DNA from: Anthoceros angustus
Taxonomy: Eukaryota; Plantae; Anthocerotophyta
Direction: 5' to 3'
NCBI GenBank assembly: GCA_010909165.1
Contig: VJWM01000003.1
Span: 1 to 64,000, forward strand
Length of the DNA: 64,000 bases
Under the pieces are notes generated by a model, which did not search any database, was not told the origin of the DNA, and saw only the letters and a list, made by a program, of their open reading frames with translations. This document shows positions 1-12,878 of this stretch, one piece after another. Made by a program: the position numbers and the translations under genes. The stretch's first letter is position 1. Every line of letters begins with the position of its first letter.

Positions 1-358
1 TGCAGAGGGTCACCCAAGGGAGGTTGTATGTGGAAGGCCTCCTATAAGAGGAGGAGGTTTTCACAAAGTAAAGTATCATGTCTTGCGCCCACGCCACCGA
101 GTCCTTTGCCATTACAGAGGAATTTCGTGTGAGCCAACACATTCGGTAGAGAGGAAGTGTGGTCGGAGTGTTTGGTGGAGGACTTGCTCACCGCAAGTGC
201 CTAAACGAGTTGCTCCCTTGTGAATGGCTGTGAAATTGCTTTGCTTTGGGTGTGTGGCAAATGCCTGCAGAACTCCCGGCTTGAGGGTAGACTACAGGAA
301 AGACTCTCGAGGTTCTCGCCGTCTGTGTCAAACTCATAGCAACCGCCCAAGGAAGAAC
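1..358 (+). repeat. 3' part of the 5' LTR of gypsy element 1 (starts before the window)
   Basis: About 38-358 aligns with 28035-28378, the end of element 2's 3' LTR (cctcctataagaggaggagg...aactcatagcaacc(g)gcccaaggaaga). TATA-like ctataag at ~42. It lies upstream of a gypsy pol. Confidence 0.75.
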
Positions 359-560
359 TTGCCGGTGGAGGCGACCTGTGCAGCAGCCGTAAGGGCGAGT
401 CGAAACCAAGAAGCCCGAATCGAGGTTAGACTAGGAGGAAGAGGATGAGGAGATGAGAAGATGAGTAGAGGATTAGAGGTGTAGGTGTTAGTGGAAGGCC
501 ACAGAGCCTAAGGGACGAATCCCAACCGCAAGTAAACGAGCGCCCCCGAGTGGAGAAGAG

Positions 561-764
561 TGGTCTTAGAAGTAGGGAAATCAAGGTGAACTGGGGTCCC
601 CGGCGCCCGTGGTAGGCTCTCGCCGAGGCAGACTCGCAATTGTGTTGTGTCGCTAGGTCAAGTTTGGTCTTAGAAGTAGGGACGAAAAGCTGTGTGAACT
701 GGGGTCCCCGGGCGCCTGGTAGGCTCCCGTCACGAGGCGTGACCCGCAATTGTTTTGTGTCGCT
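561..764 (+). repeat. Two tandem ~105-bp imperfect repeats in the 5' leader of element 1
   Basis: tggtcttagaagtaggg...gtgaactggggtcccc...gcaattgt.ttgtgtcgct starts at 561 and again at ~666. Confidence 0.85.
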
Positions 765-959
765 GTGGGTCGAGGGTTGGCGATTTTTCAAGGGCAAGTG
801 GTGCACCGTGAGAGGGAGAGTAGGCGCCTTGCTTGCTGAGAAGGCCGAGAGTTGTGCAGTAGGACACAGACCACAAGGCCTCGAACTTCACACAAGTCTC
901 ATGGGACTAAACCCAACGACGGGCGACAAGGATAAGTGTGGCTTATAGTGGGAGGACCT

Positions 960-1330
960 CGGGAGCGCCCCGGATTCTCCCCACCACACCAGCCTTTGCT
1001 CGGTTCAGTGCGCGGCCCCTGACCACGACCCCACTCGCCCCTTTGCGCCTTGACGCCCATCACTGCACCGTGCAAGCAATGAGAAGCCACCTTGGTATCC
1101 TACCAATGTCCCCGGACAGCCCCGGCAGACTTTGCCTACCTTGGTGAGCTTTCCCACCTATGCATAGGGGACAAGGGACAGTGCTTCCTCAACACATGTA
1201 TACTGTGTGGGAGGAGCCCACTGTGGAAGAGCGGAGCGCATCATGGGGTTCCACACCCATGCCACTGCAGCTCCACAGTCACGCACAGTGCCTTTTAGGC
1301 AGAGCTATGGATCCTGCTGACCGACTGGCT
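960..1330 (+). pseudogene. C-terminal remnant of a retrotransposon-borne C5 cytosine methyltransferase (element 1)
   Basis: Frameshift-corrected reading NEKPPWYPTNVPGQPRQTLPTLVSFP.SYAY...WEEPTVEER.RIMGFHTHATAAP...CLLGRAMD aligns with element 2's MDKLPFYHMNRVGE...LVSTPQSYAF...ELNVEEREQAMGF...RMLG, and resembles DNMT motifs IX-X. Confidence 0.65.
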
Positions 1331-1659
1331 TGTGAGTGCTTGCCTTGCTTTTCAACTCCTATCCCGATCCGGGACACACTGGAGTTGCGCCCTGGGCACA
1401 CCAGCCGATGCAGCATTTGCCCTTCCCTGGCTACACCACCTGGTCTTATTGGCTGGATGCGTGGGGAGAGCATGAGGCATGGGCGCCCATGAATGTTTTT
1501 TCAGCATCCACCGGTGGTGGCCGGAGTCCCGATGGCGCTGTGACATCCCCGGGGGGCGAGATAAGCCACCAGCACCTAAGCTCAAGCTATGTGTCGAGAC
1601 TTTTCCATGGACCATGGGACCCAAGCTTAGCGGACAGCAGTACTTTGCGCGCTTTGATA

Positions 1660-4430
1660 CTTCAAGACAAGGACGCTTGCTTTCCATGAAGGAGCTTACT
1701 TAATGTGGCCATTTTTCACATCAATCGACTCGCAAGGAGCCCATTTACCGCGACGATGTGCCCAAGCAGACAGTGGGGGACATGCATGCCAAGAATTGCC
1801 GGAAGCCGTGCTCATCCGGCCCTTCACACTGGACTATGCCGTACTACCATGCATGCCACCCAAGAAGGATGCAATGGCCTATGGATGAGAAGGAGTGTGG
1901 GGACTACCGTCCCATCAATGCCACCGCCCAGACGCACAACCCAATCCGAGGAGATTTTGACAAAGATTGGCAACTCCACTTTCTTCTCCATACCGACCTT
2001 CGGCAAGGCTTCAACCAGGTCCCTGGCTAAGGAGGACATCAAGAAAACTGCTTTCCATGGTTCCCAGCAGTTGTGGGAATGGCTGGTGATGCCTTCGCTT
2101 CAAGAATGCACCGTCACTTTCTGTCATGGACATAGTGCTTCCGGATCCGCCAATCTAGTGTGCTATATTGATGATGTGCTTGTCCACAGCGTGGACTTTG
2201 AGTCACATTTAGTCCATTTGGAGGACCTATTTCAGCGCTTGAGGAAGGCACGGTGACTTGCCACCGGCTAAGGCGAGTTTGGGAGTGACACAGTGGGCTA
2301 CCTTGGACATTGCATTGTGCCCAATGGAGTGACGCCACACTCTGCCAAGGTTCAGGCCATCCTACAGGTCAAGGAGCCTACCAATGTTTCGGCGCTACGA
2401 GCTTTCTTGGGTCTATGCAACTACTATCGAGTATACATCCAAAACTTCAGCCGAATAGCCAAGCCCCTCAACGACCTGCTGCGCAAGGATGTCAAATGGG
2501 AATGGACAGAGGCGGTTCAGCAAGCCTTCGAATCCTTGAAGGAAAGGCTGACCGAGGCACCCGTCATGGCTAGGCCAGATTTCGAGAAGCCCTTTGTGGT
2601 CCACACCGACTGGAGCATCTTGGGACTTGGAGCTGTGTTGGCCCAGCTAGACGAGGAAGGGCAGGAGCGAGTGATTGCCTATGCCTCTCGCAGCAACAAT
2701 AGAGCTGAAGCGAACTACAGTAGCTACCAAGGAGAGTGTCTTGTAGCCGTGTGGGCCGTTTGCCACTTTCGGCCCTACCTCTATGGCAAGCCCTTTACGC
2801 TGGTCACTGATCATCAGCCTCTCAAGTGGCTCATGACCAACACCAAGCTCAGTGGTAAGCTGGCCAGGTGGGCCATGATTCTTCAAGACTATGAATTCGA
2901 GGTGGTTCACCGGCCGGGCATCAAGCATCAAAACGCTGACACTTCGTCCCGAAATCCTGGAGACAGCAGCGAAGATGCCACGGAGGCAAGGCAAGATGCT
3001 GATTCCAGAATGCCCGGTCTTCTCTTTGCTTATTTATTTGGCTGGCCAACGCCGGATCGAGTCCGAAGGACGTGTGGGAGGATTCTGACACTTTGAAGTT
3101 TTTGCAAACAGGTCAGCTAGACTCCTCCTTGAGATTAGCCGAACAGGAGCGGATCAAGCAGCGTGCCTCCTCATACCAATGGCGGGATGGCTACCTTCTA
3201 CGAAGGCTGCATAATGAGCTGGAGCGCCTAGTTCCACCACCGGCGGACCGGGTGGAGCTGATCCACCGAGTACACAACGACATGGGACACTTTGGTGTCA
3301 AGCGCACCTACAGCCTGTTGGTTCCTCACTTCTATTGGCATGGCATGCATGCTCGTCAAGCAACGGTGGCGTCTTGTGAGGAATGTGACCGTCAAGACCT
3401 CATTCACTATCCAACATGCGCAGCTCCACCCACTCCCGATCATGGGACTATTCTCGTGGTCTGTGACTTGATAGGAGAGCTGCCACGGACGCCAAGAGGG
3501 AATGTTTACATTCTCGTTATGATGGAACATTTCTCCAAGTGGGTTGAGGTAGTGGCGCTACCAGACAAGACTTCACGGAGCACGGCCCAAGCATTCTTGC
3601 AGAACGTCTTGGGTAGATTTGGAAGTTGCGCCGAGTGTCTCACCGACCAAGGCTCCGAATTCCGGGGAGAGTTCCAAGATCTTTTGGATTCAGCCCTCAT
3701 TGATCACCGTCGGACCAGCCGGGATCATCCCCAGGCTGATGGGTTGGCAGAGCGGATGGTTCAGACCATCAAGAAGGGTCTTAGGAAACTCTGATTTGCC
3801 CAAGGCAAGTGGGACTTGTCACTTATATATTGCCATGGGATCTGTATGAGCAAGCATGGCGTTGGCTCATTTCAGCCCTACTTTACTGCTTTGGTAGGGG
3901 CCACGCCCCTAGTTCCATTGCCAAGCACATATGCGAGGTGGTGGACTTGGATGACCCAGTGTGGGGAGTCATTGGACAGGGGCTCTCTTTTGCCAAGCAA
4001 TGCCTATGGCCATGGCCAATTTGGCGCATTGCTCAAGACCGAGACACCCTCCGCTATGCCCACACTCGGTGGCGTTTAAGCTGAAGAAATTTCGGTGGGG
4101 ACTTCATCTACTTGCAGCTGCAAACTGGATACCTTGGACACCAGGCCAAGCATGTGCTACGGGTCAAGGAGGTCGAGACCCAGTGGGTTCTTTTTTTGCA
4201 AGGAGTCGATGGGCGCACAACCACCGACCACATGAAGAATTGTGCGCCCGCCACCTCCCAAATCTTGATCCAACCATTTGTGATTGGATTCCCCAAGATT
4301 ACCCATGCCAAGTATGCCGGTATCGATGATTCGAGACTTGATGTTCTTGTCGATAGCGCAATGGAGGATACCATCTGCTCGCTTGATTCCACCTTTGTCA
4401 AGTCCCAGGTTGTGGTATTGCCCAGTCTTG
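1660..4430 (+). pseudogene. Ty3/gypsy pol of element 1: RT, RNase H, integrase, C-terminal PHD finger (frameshifted)
   Basis: RT: CGDYRPIN, DLRQGFNQ, CYIDDV. RNase H: FVVHTDWS...IAYASRS...TDHQPLKWL. Integrase: HH-CC zinc finger (HNDMGHFG...CEEC) and DDE residues (CDLIG, LTDQGSEF, GLAERM). The order RT-RH-INT is gypsy. Confidence 0.95.
4306..4430 (+). other. PHD finger coding segment after the integrase (element 1)
   Basis: Corrected reading CQVC...MFL(C)DS(C)NGGYHLL(C)LIPPLSSPRLWYCPV, a C4HC3 pattern with the conserved W before the last Cys pair. Several 1-nt indels are needed. Confidence 0.8.
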
Positions 4431-4483
4431 GCGGGCAACCTGCGTTCGAGCACTTACCATCAAGACCCAAACAGCTGGGGGAG

Positions 4484-4752
4484 GGGACAAGAGAACTATG
4501 TTTTCGATGCGGGGTTGGCACAATTGGAAGTCCATGGCGAGAAGGGAACTTCAGCATTGCCAATGTGGTGAAAGAGGAGGAGGATACCGGGGCGGTCCAA
4601 GACGCCATACTGGGGCGATCGATGCTCGGCCATACTGGACAGCCAGTGTCGCCATACTGGGGCGGTCGATGCTCAGCTCCTGGGGCGGTCAGATCAGCCA
4701 TACCGGGACAGCCCCAAGAATGCTGACCCCTAGGCACCTTGACCCTCGACGT
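4484..4752 (+). repeat. Dispersed repeat with a degenerate minisatellite, homologous to ~15955-16280 and ~17510-17830
   Basis: Shared gacaagagaactatgttt...ggttggcacaattgg...aatgtggtgaaagag...ccaagacgccatact...ccctaggcaccttgacc. Confidence 0.85.
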
Positions 4753-5849
4753 CGTGAAAACAATAACAGAGATAGCGGATGTGCGGTGACTAGAGATGGG
4801 TGGGGGGCTCGATCCCTCCCGGGGCTCTCCGATCTGTTCCGGGACTCACTCAGCCCAACGTCCGGGACACTCTCATCCAGAACTTGAGGCTGTCTTAGGA
4901 CCTACTACTTACTTACCTTAGCCTTATTTTCCTTTTGTTGAGATAGGCTAGAACACCATAATATTTGAACCGGCGGAATATACATCAAGCGGCTTTATGC
5001 ATGAATATACGCTGAACCGGGTTGTGGATGGTAACTAAATCGATGTTCATGTATGTAGTTGCGGATAATGTGTTCAAAATTATGGTCAAAATCACATTCT
5101 ACTTCAAATTTACAAGGAGCCCAGCACAAAGGGTCGTGGGGACATTCTGTGGTTTGCAATGATTTAGCACCGACTTCACACTTTGTGCTGATCCGAAACC
5201 CGCCGATGTTGTTTACAATATATTGTCTTATATCAAGGGAATGGAAGCCACTTTTGCATCCGGGTTCACATTTACGGTGGCAAGGTATGGAAAATGTGCG
5301 GTTCCTCTATGGTAGAAAGGTGAGTAACCGCAGTCGCGGGCGGCGCCGCATGCCGGCGCCCATCGCATGCACACCTTGCAAAGGCCCTTAGCCATTCCTC
5401 GTGCACCAAACAGTTCAACATGGCCTTTTGATATTGTGAGCGGAGAAATCTCTTGTAGTGTACCATGTTCTTGTGAACCCTCAACAAAACCACAATTTGG
5501 CATATCCTCGAAAGGGCTGCCAAGTTTCACGGAAACATTGGGTTGGCGCCACCATTAAACGAATCCACTAATCAACAGAGCCATGGCAGCCCTGACAATG
5601 GAAGGGGCCACTAGGAATAGACGCACAAAATGTGGTGCGGAAGGAGTGCGGCATGCCATCGCAAAGGGTGTTACAAAGGGTTGCGCCATAAGTTCTTAGG
5701 AGCGGACCATGATGGAATATATTTCAAGCCGTTTTATTCACTCCTCACCGACTCGAGACCGTGCCCTCCATGCCCAAGACTGCGTCATCCCCATCATCCT
5801 CGCTGTCCACCGATGAGGGAGTGGTTGAAGATGGGGACGGAGGGCACTT

Positions 5850-8800
5850 AACTTCTTTGATAGCTTTTTATCCGCCGCGTACAGATGTTTCCTAGAAGTG
5901 AGATTGAACCCATAGTACACAATGACCGCCTTATGGACAAACAACTTCAATGTTGGGAGGCTTCCATGCTTTTGCACCTTTGTTGGTAGGAGGTAGTTCT
6001 CTGTCCTCCGGTCCTAACAAAGTATTCCCGACATACTTGCCCTCGTATGCATCTGTGTGTTTTCGCCACTGCACTGTGAAGTAGGGGTCATCGGCGGTCA
6101 TGTGCACACTCAAGACCTTTGCAACCTGTAATTCATGGAGTGTCCCCTCACAAGGTGACAATAAACATACCTTTTTATCTCCATGATGTCACCATTCATC
6201 CGCTCGACCTCTTGTTCCCGTCTTTCCACACTGTAAGCTCAAGTACATGTCCGTGGAGGCACGCCTCGCAATAAGGCTTCGTCCAATATAGCCTCCTCCG
6301 AACTCAGTGGTACAAGTGCATCTGCCGCAGATCCGCTATACCACTTCCACCGCCTTTTCGCATAAAGGCCGATGTTATTGTCCACAATAGTTGCGATCTC
6401 CTCTTGATCCTCCAAGTCACTCCACCACTCCTCACCCGTTAGATATGTTGAGCTTTTGCAAACCCTTTCTTAAGTGGTCTACTCCATCCGTGCACAAGGC
6501 TTCCATCAACGCCTTTCTTGTCCTTGGCCCAGAGCTAGCAGGTTGTAGGTCCAATCTCGATTTGGAATAAAAGACAAGAACTCCAGCCCATCTTCTTCCC
6601 ATAACGGTGAGGTCGAATAATCGCTTCAATAACGTTACTTTACCCCGCTGACTTTTCCTCCCGCGTGATTTTGAATTGGTGTTGGTATGATAGATTGTTT
6701 AGCTTGCGAACCGCACTTTAAACTTCCGTGCGCCTTCCCTGCTTCAAAGGCCGACGAAAGAACGGAAGTCCGGAACCTCGGTCGACCTTCACTGGTTTGG
6801 CGTGAAAGCCTTGCTCAATATATCCCGCATGACGGAAGAGTTTTGCCTCTTTGTGCTTCAATGTTTGGAAAACACGAGAACATTTGGTCCACTGGTCATG
6901 TGTGTGACCTACAAGAAGAAAGCCCACCTTCACTTTTTCAAAGTCCCCGCTCCACGAGCATATTCGGATAAGCAAAATAGTTGATTCTTGTTCTCCGACA
7001 TGTGTTGTCCAGTTGCAAATATAGAACCTTGGGAAGTAAGCCAACATATGTATGTATCACATCTTGGATAATGCATATGGTTAAATTAGCATCATTCCGC
7101 AAATTTGTGAGTGCGATACCGACTTGAACGTGTGATTGTGGATCATACACCCCACCACATGGACGAATACATAGTCTTCTTTAGCTCCTTAGGCCATCTA
7201 AGTATATGCGGTAAGGATGTTTTTTCGATCCATGCCATCGATACATAACAACATGTACTTGTGAGGCTCGGTGTATCCTTTCGCTCGATGTTTTGTCAAC
7301 TTCTTCCTCCTCCATAAGCTTTATGCGATGTTTGTTCAACGCGTCCCGATATATATCGCCTTCAACCAAACATCATGTCGGTCCATCCATGAAATATAAC
7401 GTCATGCGCTAACCAGACCAACCAACGGAGTTCGACATAACCCGTAGGGGCAAAGGGCAATAGCATGATGGCAACCCTCGGAAGGGTCATGCCCCAACAG
7501 CAACCTAGGGATCCACCCCAGGCGGCCCAGATCGGTCCTTAAATCCCATCTGCAGGGCGCCCCCGCCGCCTCCCTACCGCCTCAATTAGGATGTGGCATG
7601 CCGCGCCCCAAGCTCCTTTAGGGTTTAGGTCGCGCCGCCTCCCCCATTGCACACCCCCATGAGGCGCGGCATGCCGCCTCCTCCCTCCCACAACACATGA
7701 GGGCGCCGGCATGCCGCGCCCCCGCCGCCTCCTCAATGAGGGGCATGGCATGCGGCGCCTTCCCTACCTCCTTTAGGGTTTAGGTCCCGCATGCGCCGCC
7801 TCCTCCCCTCCGCACACCCTCCACATGAGGGCGCCGGCATGCCGCGCCTCCTCCTCTCCTCCCACGACCCCGAGGGCGCCGGCATGCCGCGCCTCCCCAC
7901 TGGCGGCGCCCGCCACCGCCTTCATCTCAGGGCCGAACCGTTGTGCCTCGACCAAGGTTCAACCTCCACCATCACAACGCCCACCGTTAGATATCGATGG
8001 CACTGCCACTTCTAACCTTTCACCGCTTTATACCATGCCGAAAAACGGTGTGAGCGATGAGCTTACCTTGATCCGTCTGCGATCCAAGATTTCAATGTTG
8101 AACTTTAGACCGCGCAAAGAGAACATGTTGAAAACCGATTGATTTGGGTATCTTCACGCTTGAAGTTCGCTCCCATAGTCTCGTAAAGTAAGCATACGAA
8201 ATATCTGCAGCCCTTTTGCTCCATGCCACATTTGTATTGTGTCCACACTTCTAGTTTGGTGAAAGTGTCGAAGATTGTAGACTTCAACATTAGGCGCCGC
8301 CAATTGCGTAAATGTTGCATCCATCCATGCAATAGCGCCCAATGCATGAGAGGATTTCACCCGGGCTTGGCTTGCTACAATCCCATGGTGAATTCAACAA
8401 GACCGCCTTCACCTCCTGACCTTTCCGACCCTATGCAATACACCCTTCAAGGATTTCGTGCAACACTTGATTGGAACCGGCCTTGAAAGTACATACTTTG
8501 TCTTTGCCATTCGAACCATGGTCGTCTTACAAGGGTCTCTAGGAATGTCTCCGCCGACCTTCCCAACCTAAGGAACCTTTGCCTCTTCTGAAACCTTCCT
8601 CGAAAGTCGTTGAATACATACTTTGTTGCAACACGGTTTACGGAAATCCTCCGTAATCTGTCCGCCGCCTTCTTCAAGGAGACACCACGCGTGTTTGCAA
8701 ACGAAACGCAAGCTCGTCATAGCCGCAATGTCTCCGACATTGGCTTCGGATGATATGTACACTGCAGCGAGGAGGTGAACGGGAGGGTGGGGAACGTTGT

Positions 8801-8900
8801 CGCCGCCAAGAATATCGCTCCCCGATGCACCCAAAACTCCACACGGAGGCGAAAGAGACCTCTCATTGCCCGCTGATGGCTCACTCGAGGGCGGCATCTC
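5850..8900 (-). pseudogene. Sola-like (Sola1-type) DDD transposase, frameshifted, probably intron-containing
   Basis: Minus-strand motifs in order: CCNKVC (N-terminal Cys cluster); FTKLEVW.QYK; FTRLW..NF..VKIPK.NRFSTCSLC; EPHKYMLLCIDGMDRKKTSLPH (~7235, first D); LPKVLYLQLDNTCR (~7010, second D); FEKVKVGFLLVGHTHDQ.DQMFSR (~6890, third D). The superfamily label is recalled from motif patterns, not searched. Confidence 0.75.
7540..7930. repeat. GC-rich array of GGCGCCGGCATGCCGCGCC palindrome-like motifs with TTTAGGG teloboxes, probably in a transposase intron
   Basis: At least six gcatgc-centred motifs. ttagggtttagg occurs at ~7618 and ~7773, giving a ~155-bp higher-order period. A minus-strand donor (aggtaag) lies at ~8067. 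Confidence 0.8.
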
Positions 8901-11219
8901 CTCCTGTCTTCGGGGCTAAGTTCCATAGCCGCATACAAGTTCAAGTTCCGAGGCGTCGGTGGCACATAGGGGGATGCACGCGAAAGGTGATGAGTCCTTC
9001 GGCACCCTGAGCCTGCAAGCATGTTTGCCGAATACAAGGTGAAGCTCATCGTCATCCAGCCAGACAGGCGATGATTACCAGTGCAAACCCGCATGCCCCA
9101 GGAGGCATTGCTCGGAAAACATCCGAATACCGCACGAATTATGAAACATGAGCTTTTCAACAAAGAGCACTTAATGTGGTCGCCTCATCGCCGGCAAAGT
9201 TTGCAAGCGCTTACGGAAATAGATCGGATGCTCCTTTCGTCGCATGCGCGCTTGAGTGCAAGACATTACAGATGCGGACAAGTTCCTCCCATCTCGCACT
9301 CGATCGATGCATGACACCCACGGTCGAACAACGACCCAATGGATATAAACTACATTGAAGGAGCAGGCAATCGCTTTGAAGCTACCTCTGTATCCTCATC
9401 GGTATGGGTGGAGTGGAGCATGGTGTGTGACGTTCACGTCTCGCGGAACGCAAACGAGCCAGCCGTCAACCAGGAGCAACAAACAAGGAGGTGGGCAAAT
9501 TAGTATGAGACATCGGAGAACAAGCAGCCGGATGCCTTAGCGTCGAATATTTCCAGCATTCACTGTTGGAGAAGATCTACCTATCAAGTGCCGGATCCGA
9601 CGCCGCCGTCATTTACTAGCGCACATAAATGTTGCGGCTTTTGCCATTTGGTATCGGGAATCATTTAATGCAGTACGTAACACCACGCTGGAAAACATGG
9701 GCACCCGCTTAACGAAACCATGGCAAAGCAAGCGGTGCCGAATTAGGGTTCCAAAAATGGACACCAAAACGCGGTGGCGATTACCGTCGCGGCTTTTAAC
9801 CGCCCCGACCTTTTAGGGCTTCAACCTTACCGTAATGGAGCGCCCATCACGGCCTACACCGTGTTCACGGCCGAGTTGCGCCCACTTCCGCAAGCCGTGA
9901 ACGCCGGATTGCGCCGCCCACGCCGCTTGTTCGTGATTTTTGTCAATTGCGCCGCCTGCCTGCGTGACTTCGCGGCAGTGCGCGCATCCCGCCTCCTTTT
10001 GCATTGAGGGAGAACTGGGTAGTCACCGTAATCAGCTGCACATGCGAGCTATGGCAAGTGGGCGGCGAAGAAGGAATTGGCGATCGAAGAAGAAACCCCG
10101 CCGCATGTAGACAAACCAAAACGTCAAGAGACCAAAAGGGAAGAAGGAGACCCACGCAAAGGAGCCGTGCGTGAGTGGATGCACACCAAAGTTCGAGCCG
10201 ACCGGTGTTCCAATTCAGGAGCATTCAAAAGGTAACGAGCTGCCCTGACGGGGCCCCGAACTCTCGTGGATCCCGGGTCGGCAAAGGTGAGCACAACGAA
10301 GGGAGCGGTGAGGGAAATCGAGATGGCCAAGTCACAAAAGCCACCGGATTCTAATCCTCACCTTTACGCTTGAGGAGACTGCTCAATTGCGCAGACACAC
10401 TAACCGATTGATGAGACAATTCTCCGGAGAAGGACCGCTTGTGACATGAGCGCAGAGTCAAGAAGACAATGTGGTGTGGACACCCATGCTGAAATTGTGG
10501 ATTTATGGCCACAATGTGCGAATCAGAGCAGGTGGGTATGTGGTCCGGCAACTTTGATAGAAGCGGAAGGAGATCCGGATATTCAGCTGCTGGTGACTTC
10601 AAAGCCTTATGGGTTTGAAGCTTTGCCAGTGGGGTCGGAAGATTACAGTGTGTTCGTGTTGAGCATAGCAGGCTTGCACAGCAAAAAGTGCGAGCCACGG
10701 GAACTGTCTCTTAAATTCCGGGAAGCTCTTCGACCGAGGATTGTAAGTGTGTGTCTTTGGAAGTCATTGATTTTGAAGTTTTGGAACATCATTGCATCCA
10801 CTTAACACTTTTCGGCACTTCTAACGCTTGGGCGTAATGCAAGGAATTTTTATCGATGCTTATGTGAGGTGATTACAAGTTCTATCATCAATCACCGCCG
10901 GAGATGTCTTTAGAAGGACCTGGGCTATCGACTATGAATTGGAAGGAGATGAGGACGAGGCGAGTATGGACCCTCGGTGAAGAGGATGGCCCTATACCGG
11001 AGCTGCACGCATGATGACGAAATGTCGGAGGAGGACGGTGATAACCTTGAGGAGTAATGGAATTTGCTTCCATAATGCCGGGCATCCATGCTGGTGCCCA
11101 CTATTCCTTCCAATCCAGATGAGGACATGGGTCGCAAAGGAATTACTGCGGGCAGGAGCACATGGAGTTGGGTACCCCCGCATCGGGTTTATATCAGGGT
11201 ATGAAGGCATGGGAGGAGA

Positions 11220-11640
11220 GGAAGGGCGCCGGCGTGCCGGCGCCCTTCCTGGCACAACCGCCGCAGGAAGGCGGCATCCAAGTACTATGGGATCTGTGCA
11301 GGAGGGCACCCAAGGGTTAGCCAGACCATCGGCCGGAACTAGCCGCCGCCGTGGAGGAGGAGGCGCCGGCATGCCGCGCCCCGGCCTTGGGACGAGAGGG
11401 AGGCGCTGCATGCCGCCCGGTGGCCTTGGGACGAGGAGGGCGCGCATGCCGGCGCCCGCCGGCCTTGGGACGAGGAGGGCGCTGCATGCCGCGCCTCGGC
11501 CTTGGGAGAGGAGGGCGCCGCATGCCGCCTCCGGGAGACGAGGGCGCGCCGGCGCGCCTCCCGGCCTTGGGAGAGGAGGGCGCGCCGGCATGCGCCCGCC
11601 AGCCTGGAGGGAGGGCGCATGCCGCGCCCGTGATGCCGGC
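11220..11640. repeat. Second GC-rich array of the GCATGC-centred palindromic motif, interleaved with ggccttgggacgaggaggg units
   Basis: ggcgccggcgtgccggcgcc at ~11225, ggcgccggcatgccgcgcc at ~11363, and many variants to ~11630. Confidence 0.85.
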
Positions 11641-11899
11641 GATAGTGGAGGCGTATCGGGAGGTAGTGGGAAGCGCAAACGGAGTTCGACATATGCAGCT
11701 GGTTTGGGGGGCAGGTCAACAAATGTGGAGCCCGAAAGAGATTTGAGAAGGAAGAAAGGCAAGCGCGCAGCAGGAGCGGCAGACAAGACATCCCGACTAT
11801 GCATGTCGCGACTGACGGGGAGAGGCTGGAGGCCTCCATTCAGGATGAAGATTATTTGCGGAATATCGAGAGATACGCCAAGAAAGTGGTTCAAAGCAG

Positions 11900-12878
11900 T
11901 TCTTGAAATTAGAGAATTTAAGGCCCCATCCTTTCTTTCTCCGATGCATTCGGATTGTGGATGAAGCTTGGACCAACCACCGCTCGAGTCATTTCGAAAG
12001 GTAGAGTGGAGGAAGGTGTCTTGCCTCTACTATGCATGATTGACCCAGGAGTGCAGACATTCAATCTATAGATCGATAAGTTTAGAGCCAAGAAGTATGT
12101 CATGGGAGTGCTCGGGCAATCACACCTATGCACGATGAAGCATCCGCGACATATCTCCATCAAGGCCGATACCAATGGATGGAAGCCCATGTGTATTGTG
12201 GGCTCACTTTACCGAGATGAGGGTTCCGCCACCACCACAACACTATGTCCGATAAACGGCGGAAGATGAATTTCATTGAGCAAGTAAGGTACTTGCGAGA
12301 TGAGTTGCAGATTGCAAAGAGAGTTGGTGTCAATATGAGCATGAACTGGAAGTTCAACTGTATAAGGTGCTAGGCTTGATAGATGATGATGAGGCCGAGA
12401 GGATGAGCGATAAGCAAAACAAGGTCGATAATCGCACACATATCCTTTGCATCGCCAAACTTGAAGGGAGAGTGTGGGAAAATGTTGATAAGATCTTCAC
12501 GAAGTGGAGGCCATGGAGTTGCGAACAAGCCAAACATGTTGTCAGGAACAAGCAAGAAAAGCAAGGGAAACTAAGATCGCAGATGAGGCGAAGTCGGACC
12601 AAAGTTTTGTGAAGCCAAAAGACATGCAAGGAAGCCTTGGCGAAGTTTTCGGTATTCCACCGGGTGAGACTGCCAAAAATGTTGATCGTGTCACCGAGAA
12701 GGTCGTGTGTCTCATAGACCTCAATGGTATGGCCAAAGAGATCACTTCGGAAGAAACTACATGTGATCCAAGTGGCTATGGCGAAGCATCTAGGCTGCAA
12801 TTCATTCGAGATGGTGAGGAAGGAGTACCTGCACTCAACGGATGAAGTCATTGCCGCTGATTTCATTTTCAAGGGAAG
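11900..12878 (+). pseudogene. ParB/Srx-like domain coding region in the transposon cargo gene
   Basis: Corrected reading RIVDEAWTNHRSSHFE...IDPGVQTF...KYV.GVLG(G)NHTYA...EAHVYCGLT...HHHNTMSDKRRKMNFIEQVRYLR. The R..D and G(G)NH pattern resembles ParB-like folds. A GTGAGT donor follows at 12879 and a tttgcAG acceptor at 13004. Confidence 0.5.

Noticed and set aside
355-385. Primer-binding site after the 5' LTR
   Set aside because: The sequence (cttgccggtggaggcgacc) lacks a clean TGG start and I cannot match it to a tRNA 3' end by eye.
4940-4990. CACTA/EnSpm classification of the large TIR element
   Set aside because: No CACTA termini or recognisable Tnp2-type transposase; the motifs fit a Sola-like enzyme better.
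7610-7785. Telomere or interstitial telomeric array
   Set aside because: Only one or two TTTAGGG units per site; telobox-sized.
11640-11800. Possible trihelix/Myb-like segment (IVEAYREVVG...) upstream of the ParB-like region
   Set aside because: The resemblance depends on several assumed frameshifts and is too short to support.
10992-11964. Long ORFs of 300-317 aa on both strands
   Set aside because: They cross a GC-rich palindromic repeat that lacks stop codons and give low-complexity Arg/Gly/Ala/Pro sequence.
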